A DNA stretch of 64,000 nt from IMG/VR virus record IMGVR_UViG_3300032665_000019. The stretch is one strand, 5' to 3'. The notes under the pieces are model-generated. The model saw nothing but the letters and a program-made list of their open reading frames with translations. It was not told the DNA's origin and did no database searches. The stretch comes from an uncultured virus (IMG/VR IMGVR_UViG_3300032665_000019). Its lineage: Duplodnaviria > Heunggongvirae > Uroviricota > Caudoviricetes. Positions 51,837 through 61,707 of this stretch are shown piece by piece (the first letter of the stretch is position 1; every line of letters starts with the position of its first letter). A program made the translations under genes and the position numbers.

Positions 51837-53039
51837 CTAAACAGCGGCTTTTTCTGCAGGGATCCTGAATAACCTTTGCAAGGCTCCTTCAGCTTCGTCT
51901 CCTACATTCTGGAATCCACCAGATGCGGAAGGCGTTGCCCCCTGCTGGTAATTCTTGTCGATCTTTAGTTTTTCAATAATAACCTGATTGTATGTCTGCT
52001 CTGCAACCTTATTGGCCATTAACTGCTGGTTTTCCAGGGCGATAATATCCCTTGCTATCGCTTCAACATTGAAAGTGCCATTAGCAGTCCCCCAACGTTT
52101 AGAGATAACTCCCGCAATAAACTCCGCAGGGTGCTTTTCAATTTTTGACTGCAGTTGCGTAATCTCTTCTACCGGCAGGGCTGTTTGCCCCTTAACCTTT
52201 ATCGGAGTATTTGGAACTGCAAATTCAAAAGGCACAGTACTTACTTTGTCGGAACCAAATGTTTCCCCAAGGGCCACTGCTAATTGAGCGTCCGGGGAAA
52301 GCTGTGCTGGTGCCGGTTGTGCTGCCGCAGGTTGCGCAACCTGTGGTAACTTTATTTCAGGAACTGCACTGGTAAAATATGTTATAGCTTCTGCCGCATC
52401 TTTCTTCAGGCGATCAGTAGCTTTTTTCTGTTCTCTCGCATACTGCACTGCATCTAACTGCAGTTGGTCCGGCTGATACCTGGATGCAAACTCCGCCTCA
52501 ATATCACTGGCATCCAAACTAGGGTATTCAACTTTTAATTTCGTTTTAATAATTTCTTCCGGCTGCATGGTCGCTACATTCCTGGCAAATACTCTTGCCT
52601 GTAAAATAGGTAACACATCGTCTTCCTTACCGGCCACTATCGCTTCATATACAGCCTTACTTGCATCGTTAGTAAAAGTTGGTTGCACCGGTACTTCTAC
52701 TCTTTCTGGCGCTTTATTCAAATCAGCCTGGATAGCTTCCCATGATTTATACTTACCACCACTCTGCGTTTCCAACCACGTATTAGGGTCGAAAGCTGGC
52801 TGATCTAGTGCCGCAGGTGTTGCTGCTCCAGGTAATGCAGGTTCGCCAGATGCGGGTGCGGCCATTGGTGCAGGTGCAGGCACATCGGGTGCTACAGGTG
52901 CGCCGGGTGCGCCCACTGCTACAGGACCAGGTGCGGGTGCGGGTACAGGACCAGGTGCAGGAATAGGTATGACAGTAGTTGCATTTGGATTAGCGATCTT
53001 ACTATTCATAGCTTCATATACACTCTGAGAAATATCCAT
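51837..53039 (-). CDS. Capsid scaffolding protein
   Basis: P/A-rich N-terminus, helical acidic core, between portal and MCP. Confidence 0.65.
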   Translation of the reverse strand: MDISQSVYEAMNSKIANPNATTVIPIPAPGPVPAPAPGPVAVGAPGAPVAPDVPAPAPMAAPASGEPALPGAATPAALDQPAFDPNTWLETQSGGKYKSWEAIQADLNKAPERVEVPVQPTFTNDASKAVYEAIVAGKEDDVLPILQARVFARNVATMQPEEIIKTKLKVEYPSLDASDIEAEFASRYQPDQLQLDAVQYAREQKKATDRLKKDAAEAITYFTSAVPEIKLPQVAQPAAAQPAPAQLSPDAQLAVALGETFGSDKVSTVPFEFAVPNTPIKVKGQTALPVEEITQLQSKIEKHPAEFIAGVISKRWGTANGTFNVEAIARDIIALENQQLMANKVAEQTYNQVIIEKLKIDKNYQQGATPSASGGFQNVGDEAEGALQRLFRIPAEKAAV

Positions 53040-53127
53040 AATGATAATTTTGCGAATTAAATAACTGATATTCAGGTTAAATTCGGTATGTAAATTTAAA
53101 ATAAATTAATCCGAACAACCAAAAAAA

Positions 53128-55830
53128 TTAATTACCACCGCCTGGAACACCTTGCCCACTACCCGGCGTGCCCTGACCACCTAGCCCTCCTTGCCCCTGT
53201 CCCGCACCCTGACCCATCTGCTGCTGCGCCTCTTTCACTTTCACCGCGCTCATCATGATATACTGTTTCAGTGCAGCAATATCCTGCGGCAACTGTCGAC
53301 CACTTTTCTCCGCTTCTTTTTCCGCATCTGCTACCATCTTTACCAAATCAGAGTATGCCTGGTTATTCCCCTTCAATGACTCAATCGCCAACTTAGCCTG
53401 CAGCTTAGCCTGTTCTTCGGCAATCTTGCCCTGGGTATGTATCTGAGTAGACTGCTGCTGCACATTCGCATTCATCTGCATCTGGAACTGCTGCATAGCG
53501 CGAGCCTCTTTCTTCGCCCTTTTCTCCATCTTTTCCAAATACAGTATTGCCGTTTTCGGATTAGGTATGTCCATCAACCTAGCTGCGGTAGCCATACCTA
53601 TAATCTTACTATCCAGTGATTCTTTAACCAGCTCAGCCAACTCCGCTCTCTTAGCTGCGCCACTAACCATATCTACATTTACATCAAAGGTAGTATCAAT
53701 AATTGGCCTGGTAATAGCTACATGGTCATCTTCTTCATTAAGATGGATCACATGCGGACCGGACCCCTGAGTACCCTGGGCTCCCTGAGTATCCCCCATC
53801 TTTGGTGCGCCCTGCGACACAGCATCACTCGCCCCCATCATCTTCTTATATTCCTCACTTTCAAATAACACCATATCCCAAAGTGAATATACAATCTTTG
53901 TCGCGTTCTGTTCCAGCAGCATGACCAGATGATCGTAGATATATTCAGTAGCACCCTGACCTGCCTCTGCAGCAATACCACTCGCTTTAGCGCTTTTCTT
54001 TGCCGCAGTTGGCTGCCCCATACTTTCCGCGTTCTCACCCCACTCATCATTTAGCCTGGCTAACCAGAAGTTATACAACCCTATAAGCACATTGATCTGT
54101 GCTACATTACCAGAGTTTGGCAGATTCCTGAATGGTATCTCGGTACCCCCTTCACCAGTACCACTGGTATCTGTAGAATCCCAGTATACCCTTCCGGTCT
54201 GAGATTTTACCTGCATCAACTGTAATGGCTTTAGCACGGCACCAGTCCCAATATCCAGGGCATGCAACCCCGCAATATCCACCGCGAGGTTGTCCGGCTC
54301 CATAAGCATCATCATCTGCTGTATCTTCAGCCCGCATAATATCATCTGCCTTACACATGGTATCCCCCGTTCCAATAGTGATGGAACGTAATACCCGTCA
54401 GCATCCGGCATCACAAGGCTATACGACCCAAACACATCTACCCCGTTCTGGAAAGGCCTTAGTTGATTATTTGCCACACCCCACTGCAGTAATATCTCGG
54501 TACCTACTGCCCATACACCCTGATACATATTATATTTCCCCAGTGACTCCACCACTGCATTCGGGTTGGTGGGGGAGGGGACTCCCTTTTTCGATACGAT
54601 AATCATCGCGCCATCTTCATCCGGCTTAATAACAAAATACTCATTGTCATATACCTTTACCTCAAAATCAAAAGCCATAAATGAATAGTCATCATAAGGC
54701 CTGTTAAAACTGTATATATACGAGTCCAGCCAGTTTAAAGGCTGCGACTGGTTTAATCCTTTCCTGGCAATCTGCGCCAACTCAAACCAATACTTCTCCG
54801 GTACTCTCGGCCATATCCTTCTGGCCTCAGATATTTTAATCGGCCTGGCCTCCCCCGCGATAGTCACATCGCTACCATCCGCGTTCTTAAAAATATTATA
54901 CACCGCGTTCAGTGGATCCACCCTCCTTACCACCAACCGGTTCGCCAGCGTAGGGTTGCCTGCCATACCCGGCCTGCGCTCGAGCTTGGTCATCGCGATA
55001 TTTTTCTTAATCAAATCCTGTATCAATACCCTTTTCAGATACTCATACCCGCTGCCTACATAACCACCAGCCCCACCTGAGTTCTGAAACACCTGCCACG
55101 CAGCTTCCTCGAAGAACGCTTCCTCCGGTAACCGGTACTCAATCTTATAATACACGTCCAACTCATCCTCATCCTCCGGTGTAAAGCCTGTCTCCATCCG
55201 CATACCCATCGCCTGCTCCGCCCTGGCTATCTTCTCCCTTTCCTCCATCCTCCACTTAGATAATATCTTCTCCCGCCTGCGGTACCTCTCCGAAGTAATA
55301 TCAGTAGCTTTTACACTAGGCTTCTCGTCCCTGCTCATAAACCGGTTGGTCAATGACTGCACATACCTGGGTACAATCTTCAATACATGCCAGTCCAGAT
55401 TCACCCACATCTTATTTCCCTCCACGCCCATAAGCGACTTAGCCCACTCCATCGGTGCCGTCCCCTTCGCCCACTGGTCATTAAGCATCCAGTTCGCATA
55501 CCTTTCCTGGTAATACCCCGCATTACCACCACCACCCGCGGCAGCGCCAGCCGTCGAGCCGGAAACAAAGGCCCACATATCCTTAACGAGCTTTAACCCA
55601 AATGCCCTCGTTTTCTTTACGTCAGGAGAATCAAACTGCAATGCCAATAACGAATCCATCGACGCAACCTGATTCACGCTTTCACGGACTTCGAGGGAGA
55701 TTTTATCGCCCCCACTCAACGCTTTTTGGTACGCCTCATTCCCAATGTGTGCAATCTTATCTGCACTCTCCGTCTTCCTATTGGTACGGGTGCTTGTATT
55801 ATTTGTTGGTGTCATGTTGCTTGTGCCCAT
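53128..55830 (-). CDS. Portal protein
   Basis: About 900 aa; 'WVNLDW..LKIVPRYV', 'VRRVDP.N.VY', 'SLLER.IP...Q....LKIQQ', Q-rich C-terminal helix. ATG at 55830 preferred over the TTG at 55896. Confidence 0.85.
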   Translation of the reverse strand: MGTSNMTPTNNTSTRTNRKTESADKIAHIGNEAYQKALSGGDKISLEVRESVNQVASMDSLLALQFDSPDVKKTRAFGLKLVKDMWAFVSGSTAGAAAGGGGNAGYYQERYANWMLNDQWAKGTAPMEWAKSLMGVEGNKMWVNLDWHVLKIVPRYVQSLTNRFMSRDEKPSVKATDITSERYRRREKILSKWRMEEREKIARAEQAMGMRMETGFTPEDEDELDVYYKIEYRLPEEAFFEEAAWQVFQNSGGAGGYVGSGYEYLKRVLIQDLIKKNIAMTKLERRPGMAGNPTLANRLVVRRVDPLNAVYNIFKNADGSDVTIAGEARPIKISEARRIWPRVPEKYWFELAQIARKGLNQSQPLNWLDSYIYSFNRPYDDYSFMAFDFEVKVYDNEYFVIKPDEDGAMIIVSKKGVPSPTNPNAVVESLGKYNMYQGVWAVGTEILLQWGVANNQLRPFQNGVDVFGSYSLVMPDADGYYVPSLLERGIPCVRQMILCGLKIQQMMMLMEPDNLAVDIAGLHALDIGTGAVLKPLQLMQVKSQTGRVYWDSTDTSGTGEGGTEIPFRNLPNSGNVAQINVLIGLYNFWLARLNDEWGENAESMGQPTAAKKSAKASGIAAEAGQGATEYIYDHLVMLLEQNATKIVYSLWDMVLFESEEYKKMMGASDAVSQGAPKMGDTQGAQGTQGSGPHVIHLNEEDDHVAITRPIIDTTFDVNVDMVSGAAKRAELAELVKESLDSKIIGMATAARLMDIPNPKTAILYLEKMEKRAKKEARAMQQFQMQMNANVQQQSTQIHTQGKIAEEQAKLQAKLAIESLKGNNQAYSDLVKMVADAEKEAEKSGRQLPQDIAALKQYIMMSAVKVKEAQQQMGQGAGQGQGGLGGQGTPGSGQGVPGGGN

Positions 55831-55925
55831 ATATTGTCCCGGGTAGATACTTGCAACCAGCTTAACGCAGCCAGATACGAATCCAGCTAACCGCAACCAG
55901 CTAACTCCCCCGATTAACGAGCATT

Positions 55926-55933
55926 CAAATGTA
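55926..55933 (-). promoter_or_regulatory. Bacteroidota -7 promoter box (TACATTTG)
   Basis: Exact TAnnTTTG upstream of the portal gene. Confidence 0.5.
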
Positions 55934-55944
55934 GGAAATACTAT

Positions 55945-57159
55945 CTATATGCCTGACAATAGTTTTTTACCAATTAATTCAACAATAGATACGGTTACAG
56001 CATTACCACACATCTTATATCGTTGTGTTTTTGAAACACTTTCTACTCCCTCAACTATTCTAAATGTTTTCTCTTTCTTATTTATCCATACTTGCTTTTC
56101 ATAAATTCCAAACTTTGTCCAATTGTCTGGAAATCCCTGTAATCTTTCACACTCTATTTCGGTGAGGCGGCGGATGTTTGAAACAGTCATGTAATTAGCC
56201 GATGCACCCGCACGTAATGTTCCTGCATAATCATTCTCAAATTGCTGCCCTGCCATATTCGTGTTCACAATCATTGGCTCATGCCCATGACTTTCAGCTT
56301 TAAGCGTTGGTACAATATCGCTTTCGACTGCATCTTTATCTTTATGTCCGTAATGTGAAATACATTTTAACAAAACAAGATTATCTTTCTGCACTCCCGT
56401 AAGAGCATTACTCTGTCCTTTTTCGTTTACTTCTAATCTTTGTACAGTTGGTGCGCCTGGTGTCCTATCGGATGAATTTTCAGGGTTTCTACCTCTTTGA
56501 GCCACTATTACAGCCTGATTGCTTTGTGTATCTAAGGTTCTAACAGTTGTGGTGTCGCCTGACCTTTCAGTAGTCCTAAAATCGTTTTCTGTGATAGGAA
56601 ATATTCTTTGCTTACATTTTGTTCCAATATGTCCGATAAAATAATACCTCTCTCTATTTTGTGGGAGTAACCAAGAAGTATTAAGAAGCTGCACTTCAAC
56701 TGTGTATTGTGGACTATCTGAATTAAGGTAGGTAAGAAATTTAAGGACTTCGTAGAAACTTCTTCCTTCATTAACAGAGGACAATCCTTTGACATTTTCA
56801 GCAATGAAAGTTTGTGCTTTACTTTCAGTAACAATGCGGCCTGCTTCAAATAAGAGACTGCTTCTTGTACCTTCAACGAGTCCTCTGCGCTTTCCAGCAA
56901 TTGAAATATCCTGGCAAGGGAATCCGAAAGTGACAATGATGTGTTCGTTTGGGTGTTGGTCTCTAATTGATGTTCCTGAAACATCAATAACTGATCCGAT
57001 AAATTTTGCATCTGGGAAGTTGTATTTATAGTTAGCAATAGCGTGTTTATCAATTTCCGAAAAATAGTGACGAGTAATATTAAACCCTGCATCAATTAAC
57101 CCTTTTGAAAAGCCACCAATACCGGAAAATAAATCAATTAGTACAATATCTTTTTTCAT
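55945..57159 (-). CDS. DNA (cytosine-5) methyltransferase
   Basis: Motif I 'DLFSGIGG', IV 'GFPCQDIS', VI 'ENVKG', VIII 'PQNRER', IX 'RRLT..ECERLQGFPD', X 'GNAV'. Confidence 0.95.
   Translation of the reverse strand: MKKDIVLIDLFSGIGGFSKGLIDAGFNITRHYFSEIDKHAIANYKYNFPDAKFIGSVIDVSGTSIRDQHPNEHIIVTFGFPCQDISIAGKRRGLVEGTRSSLLFEAGRIVTESKAQTFIAENVKGLSSVNEGRSFYEVLKFLTYLNSDSPQYTVEVQLLNTSWLLPQNRERYYFIGHIGTKCKQRIFPITENDFRTTERSGDTTTVRTLDTQSNQAVIVAQRGRNPENSSDRTPGAPTVQRLEVNEKGQSNALTGVQKDNLVLLKCISHYGHKDKDAVESDIVPTLKAESHGHEPMIVNTNMAGQQFENDYAGTLRAGASANYMTVSNIRRLTEIECERLQGFPDNWTKFGIYEKQVWINKKEKTFRIVEGVESVSKTQRYKMCGNAVTVSIVELIGKKLLSGI
56532..57011 (-). CDS. Nested out-of-frame gene inside the methyltransferase (EcoHK31I beta-subunit-like)
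   Basis: Open alternative frame (track ORF 56532-57095); ATG at 57011 gives MQNLSDQLLMF...; ends 'IILSDILEQNVSKEYFLSQKTILGLLK', a C5-MTase segment missing from the main frame. Confidence 0.65.
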   Translation of the reverse strand: MQNLSDQLLMFQEHQLETNTQTNTSLSLSDSLARIFQLLESAEDSLKVQEAVSYLKQAALLLKVKHKLSLLKMSKDCPLLMKEEVSTKSLNFLPTLIQIVHNTQLKCSFLILLGYSHKIERGIILSDILEQNVSKEYFLSQKTILGLLKGQATPQLLEP

Positions 57160-57163
57160 TAGA

Positions 57164-57195
57164 CAAATCTAATGAAAATTTATTTCTTACACAAA
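57164..57195 (-). promoter_or_regulatory. Bacteroidota promoter (TTTG-N20-TAGATTTG) for the methyltransferase
   Basis: Both boxes match consensus; the upstream AAAATAAATTTGTGTA element is tandemly duplicated (57188-57220). Confidence 0.65.
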
Positions 57196-57678
57196 TTTAT
57201 TTTTTACACAAATTTATTTTAATACCTGAAATATATAATCGATACCAAAGTAATATAAAATGTTAATTAATTAATATATACTTTTAATAAGAAAGTTTTC
57301 AGGAAACGATATTTAAAGTAACGGTTGAGAGGAAGGTAAGATAAGAGTTGGTATATGGATATATACAGACAACTTATACAAAAGTTATATGAATGTTATC
57401 AGTAGGGGTAATTCCCTTTTTTTGAGCGTCCAGGGGTGGGGTGGAAAATGGCAGGCCTGTGAGGTGGGTACCCCTGAAAAAAAAGGACATGCGAACGTGT
57501 CCGAACAGTGACCGGACCGGCGGCGTGACCGGCGAGACCAATGGGCGCGACTGGATTACTGGATTTAGTATGTGCCGGACGTGTGCAAGTAAGCGCGGCA
57601 CCGGTTGCGAGCGCGATATGTTCGCAATATTCAGTACAATGATACAGGTGCGGGAGATATAGGTGAATGTAGGCGCCT

Positions 57679-58263
57679 TTAATCCCTTATTACCGGTTCA
57701 AATTGCCACCCGTTGGCGTTTAATTTGCACAATGCAATAATCTTCTTTTGATTGATACCAGTTTGTTTATTTGCAATATTAGCACTCGGAAACGTTCCAA
57801 AGGGAGTAATGTAATACCCTTTAAATTTAGGATGATTGATTCCCGTTTTCTTTTCACTCATTATCTTTTTAACCTCCGCGCTTACTTTCGTCCCTGTCTT
57901 CCAGTGGTCCGCGCCGGATACAATCTTATGCAGTCCTGTTTTAAAGGCATGAGTTATATTTTCGGATATAGTGGACCATTCAAGATTGCTTATATTATTG
58001 TTCGATTTATTGCCGTCTTTATGGTTTACCCAAATTTCACTTTTAATTTCCGGTTTTTGGATCCATTGTTCACATACTAACCTGTGTATATATTGCCACC
58101 TGCTCCCGTCGCTATTAGTAAGCCATAGCATTTTATAACCGCTATTATCATGCTCATTCATTATTCTGTTTTTATACAATGAATAAACCAATCCGGTTTT
58201 ACTTATTAAATACTTATCATAGCCTTTTAGAGGGTAAAATTCGATCCCATCAATTAATTTCAT
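57679..58263 (-). CDS. NUMOD4/HNH homing endonuclease
   Basis: 'YPLKGYDKYLISKTG.VYS', 'YIHRLV', 'VNHKDGNKSNN..SNLEWST.SEN..HA', NUMOD3-like 'KKIMSEKKTG.NHP'; own TATATTTG box at 58285-58292. Confidence 0.9.
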   Translation of the reverse strand: MKLIDGIEFYPLKGYDKYLISKTGLVYSLYKNRIMNEHDNSGYKMLWLTNSDGSRWQYIHRLVCEQWIQKPEIKSEIWVNHKDGNKSNNNISNLEWSTISENITHAFKTGLHKIVSGADHWKTGTKVSAEVKKIMSEKKTGINHPKFKGYYITPFGTFPSANIANKQTGINQKKIIALCKLNANGWQFEPVIRD

Positions 58264-58458
58264 AAATTATTGTTTTAGTTAGCACAAATATAAGTATTAA
58301 TTATAAGTATCTCAACTGCCTGATTCTGTTTTGTTTACGCTGAATAATTGAAGGAATAGAAGGACTGAGGCTTACCCCTCTTACTATATCGATAAAACCG
58401 ATTAATTTTGCGTTATTGATAGATAAAATCGATTAGTACCTACAAGCAAGCTGGAAAT

Positions 58459-58941
58459 ATGAGCACACAAATAAGCACTCTCCGTATGACATACACCGAA
58501 ACGAACGCTGCGGGGTTGATTACAGACAAACGGAATATAACTAAAATGCTGCTCGAATACCTTTCGCGCGAATATCCGGCATGCCTTCCTTCCTTTGGGT
58601 CCGCGAAATTTAAACAAGAGCGGCAAAAAATAGTGGAATCATTCAAAGGGCATATAGTGAGCAATGGAAAAACTGCAATGTTTGGCGGTTTGGATGGATT
58701 TGAAACAGTTGAGAGTAAGATGTACGCATTTGTTTACGATTATTTCCGATACAGGTCGCTGGAAAGGGAATATAAAGAATTTTTGAGCGTATGTAGGGTA
58801 TCTGAGGCTGAAATGGCAGCACATTTCGGGTATAAAACGCGTGTTAGTTGGATGAATAGTTGCGGGCGGATTAAGCGCGTCGCGGAGCTGGTCACATACT
58901 GGCGGGTAATTAAAAAGTATGTGGAACCAGTGAGAATATAG
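58459..58941 (+). CDS. Hypothetical protein
   Basis: 160 aa ORF; possible C-terminal HTH ('SEAEMAAHFGY'). Confidence 0.5.
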   Translation: MSTQISTLRMTYTETNAAGLITDKRNITKMLLEYLSREYPACLPSFGSAKFKQERQKIVESFKGHIVSNGKTAMFGGLDGFETVESKMYAFVYDYFRYRSLEREYKEFLSVCRVSEAEMAAHFGYKTRVSWMNSCGRIKRVAELVTYWRVIKKYVEPVRI

Positions 58942-58998
58942 CGAGGCGTATATGCCCCTGATCCTCCGTATATTTCCCCTCCTTTCCTGTTCAAAAGT

Positions 58999-59300
58999 GC
59001 TGTAAATGCTTAACTTAATGATATTCAAGATATTACCCAATTTGTATACATCCGTATATCATTTTTCTAAGAGGTTCCTAAAATAAAAAGGTATTTTTTT
59101 AACTTAACCCTTACTTAACCTTAACCCTTACTTAACCATGATAATACCTTATTTACTTACCTTTTATATAGAAGTACTGTAAATGCTGTATATAGTGTAT
59201 AAAAGTCAAGCTGGATAAGGGTTTGAGCATTTACAGCGATTTGTAAGTTGCTGTAAATAATAAGGGGTCTGCTGTATACATAGATTATGTTGTAAGTGAC
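58999..59300. other. Candidate replication origin (iteron-like repeats in an AT-rich intergenic region)
   Basis: GCTGTAAATGCT at 58999-59010, inverted at 59226-59237, variants at 59177, 59250 and 59271; 17-bp tandem repeat CTTAACCCTTACTTAAC x2 at 59103-59136. Confidence 0.45.
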
Positions 59301-59475
59301 ATGATACATTTTACTATATTTAACATATACTTAAATCTAAATTTTAACAAATTTTAACATTTAGTTAGGCTTATTTGAATTTTAGCGGTTAAATATAGGT
59401 TATTGCGAGGATAATAGCGGCATAACCCTTATTTTTGCTTTTAAAACCATGCCGGCAATGGTAACCGGTTAAATT

Positions 59476-59712
59476 ATGGATATAAAAATAAAAGTAAACG
59501 GTCGTCCTACTAAGCAGGCGGAGGCTATTAGTTATATAACGCAAAATAACCCGTTGGTATGCACAGTATGGATTTCTGAGCAATTTGTATTAAAATTTCT
59601 ATGTCTAAATTTTACAGATGAAATGGCAGCCGCAAAATATGCACAGCAATTATACCCGCTCGCGATGGGTATAACAGTAGACAAATTAAGCGCTAAAATA
59701 TTACAGCCATGA
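59476..59712 (+). CDS. Hypothetical protein (early region)
   Basis: First of a co-oriented cluster; ATGA overlap with the next gene. Confidence 0.5.
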   Translation: MDIKIKVNGRPTKQAEAISYITQNNPLVCTVWISEQFVLKFLCLNFTDEMAAAKYAQQLYPLAMGITVDKLSAKILQP

Positions 59713-60032
59713 GAAAAAAAAGAATAGAAAATGTAGAAATAACCCGTGACATGTTAATTCGAGCGTTAAAAATGGATGAGGATCAATTTAACAATTTAAA
59801 AATTACAGCGGCTGAGTTAAATAAAATACCTATGGGTAAATTCCTAAAAGTAGACGGCAGTATTATTTTATACTTGCAGCTAAAAAATTTCTTAGTAGAA
59901 TGTGGGTTGAAAGTTGTAGTTAGAATAATATACAATGAAAGGAGTAAATGTATAACTTATAAGAGATTACCGGCTGATTTTGGGTATATGGAAGAACCAT
60001 ACAAATGTATTATTGGACCAAAAAAAATGTAG
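59709..60032 (+). CDS. Hypothetical protein
   Basis: Coupled ORF. Confidence 0.5.
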   Translation: MRKKRIENVEITRDMLIRALKMDEDQFNNLKITAAELNKIPMGKFLKVDGSIILYLQLKNFLVECGLKVVVRIIYNERSKCITYKRLPADFGYMEEPYKCIIGPKKM

Positions 60033-60190
60033 CTGCCATGACATTAACCGCTCATCCTGGATTCAAACCGCTCATCATTTTATTTTGCCGCTTGTCACTA
60101 TCCACTTGCCCACCAACTGCGGTGGGCTTAGTTTTGGGGTATTAAAAAAACAATTGCAACCCGTTAGGCAATTAAAATAAGCGGGATAAC

Positions 60191-61090
60191 ATGAGAAATC
60201 TAAGCAAATTAGCGCATGACATTATAAGTGATTGTCGCTACGTAAACTACGTTAGCTATATTACAAAAAAGGTAACGAAAGGTCAAGCAGGAGAATTTAA
60301 AGTAAAAGATTTAAATGAAGAAATTGAAAGAATTTTTCCGATCCGGCAAAAAAGAAATGAGTACAAAGAGTTTTGCAAGCTAACATTCAGGCAGGTATTA
60401 TGGGCAAAGTATCAGGGCAAGGCGGATAAGATTGCAAAATTTTTACCTGACATGAGTTACTCAATGGGGCAGTTCAATAATTTTTATGTAAATAAAACTT
60501 CTTTAAACGGTTTCTTCAGTAACGCTACTGAATATAGTAAAAGTTGTAAATATAAGGCTACTCATGGGAGTATAGACTTACGACTTACATCAAAGGAATT
60601 TTTAAGCACTGAAGTTATTGCAGGTGTAATAACAATTTACGGGAAAAAAATAGGGAAAGATTTGTTTAAATGCCAGTGGATTGAAGGTAAAGGGATCAAA
60701 CAAAATACACATTGTGTAAAGGTAGATGGCTATATATACAGAGATTATCATTTTACAGCGGCTAACGATAAAGAAGCGATAGAAGTTGCAAGGCAAAGAA
60801 AACAAAGATTGATTGAACTGGAATTGCGGGCTAAAAATGAGCAGAAATTAAGGCAATTATGCGAAACATTACCGCTTAATCGGATATTCGTTGAAGTAAA
60901 TGATAGTTTAAATTCCGGCAATTGTCTGATTGGTACGCAAAGTTTTGCGAGTGCAATTGGTATAGATTTGTCCGTTACCGGAGCGGTAAGGGCAGACTTT
61001 ATTTACGAAAAAAGAAATGGAAGGGAAGGGTTTGTGTTAAAAGCAATTAACCAGGCTAAGATGAGATATATAACAAAAAATTTAATTTAA
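60191..61090 (+). CDS. Hypothetical protein
   Basis: 299 aa; C-terminal 'DSLNSGNCLIGT..F' motif. Confidence 0.65.
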   Translation: MRNLSKLAHDIISDCRYVNYVSYITKKVTKGQAGEFKVKDLNEEIERIFPIRQKRNEYKEFCKLTFRQVLWAKYQGKADKIAKFLPDMSYSMGQFNNFYVNKTSLNGFFSNATEYSKSCKYKATHGSIDLRLTSKEFLSTEVIAGVITIYGKKIGKDLFKCQWIEGKGIKQNTHCVKVDGYIYRDYHFTAANDKEAIEVARQRKQRLIELELRAKNEQKLRQLCETLPLNRIFVEVNDSLNSGNCLIGTQSFASAIGIDLSVTGAVRADFIYEKRNGREGFVLKAINQAKMRYITKNLI

Positions 61091-61094
61091 AAAC

Positions 61095-61298
61095 ATGAAA
61101 ATGAACATGAAAAAACAAAACACAATTCTAACCACTGCCGCAATAGTCGCGCTGTTACTGGCGCTATGTTTTGTGGGGTGCACCCCCACCGGTAAATGTC
61201 TGGCAAATGATAAGAGCTGGTTTTACAAACAGCAAGGGGTAAGACATTTTAAAGCGATAAACCAATTAGCCCTATTTGGCAGGAGGCAGCAACCATGA
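61095..61298 (+). CDS. Small putative lipoprotein/membrane protein
   Basis: Basic N-terminus, hydrophobic stretch, 'FVGC' lipobox-like. Confidence 0.5.
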   Translation: MKMNMKKQNTILTTAAIVALLLALCFVGCTPTGKCLANDKSWFYKQQGVRHFKAINQLALFGRRQQP

Positions 61299-61705
61299 AA
61301 TATTTTATTAAAAAAACGGGCGATAAGTTCGCCCTTATCCCGCTGGATCCGTCAGGCGCCACATACTTTTCACCTTACATATCTGAACTGCCCAAAGTAC
61401 AGGTAATCAGCACCCGCGCGGCGCTGGACCACTTAACGCGGGATGAATTCAGGGTTTTGCTCAGGCACGTATCCGGTAGTCATTCTTTTTTCTGGCAAGG
61501 GAAATTGAAGGTAGATAGCAAGGCGCGGCAGTATGCAGGAATGATTCAGGAAGCGTACTGGCTGCGATTTGATCCGTACAATGACCCGCCAGTAAGAGAG
61601 GCTGGTATTAATCCGGTGAACGCGACCGGTATTAATCCGGTGAACGCGACCGGCGCGGGATTAGCGCGCGTATCTAACCCATTCAGTTCACCATTAAACC
61701 CCTAA
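61295..61705 (+). CDS. Hypothetical protein with a 24-bp tandem duplication
   Basis: GGTATTAATCCGGTGAACGCGACC x2 at 61604-61651. Confidence 0.55.
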   Translation: MKYFIKKTGDKFALIPLDPSGATYFSPYISELPKVQVISTRAALDHLTRDEFRVLLRHVSGSHSFFWQGKLKVDSKARQYAGMIQEAYWLRFDPYNDPPVREAGINPVNATGINPVNATGAGLARVSNPFSSPLNP

Positions 61706-61707
61706 CC

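Noticed and set aside
59101..59137. TTAACCC-like words as telomeric repeats
   Set aside because: Only a two-copy 17-bp duplication in an internal intergenic region.
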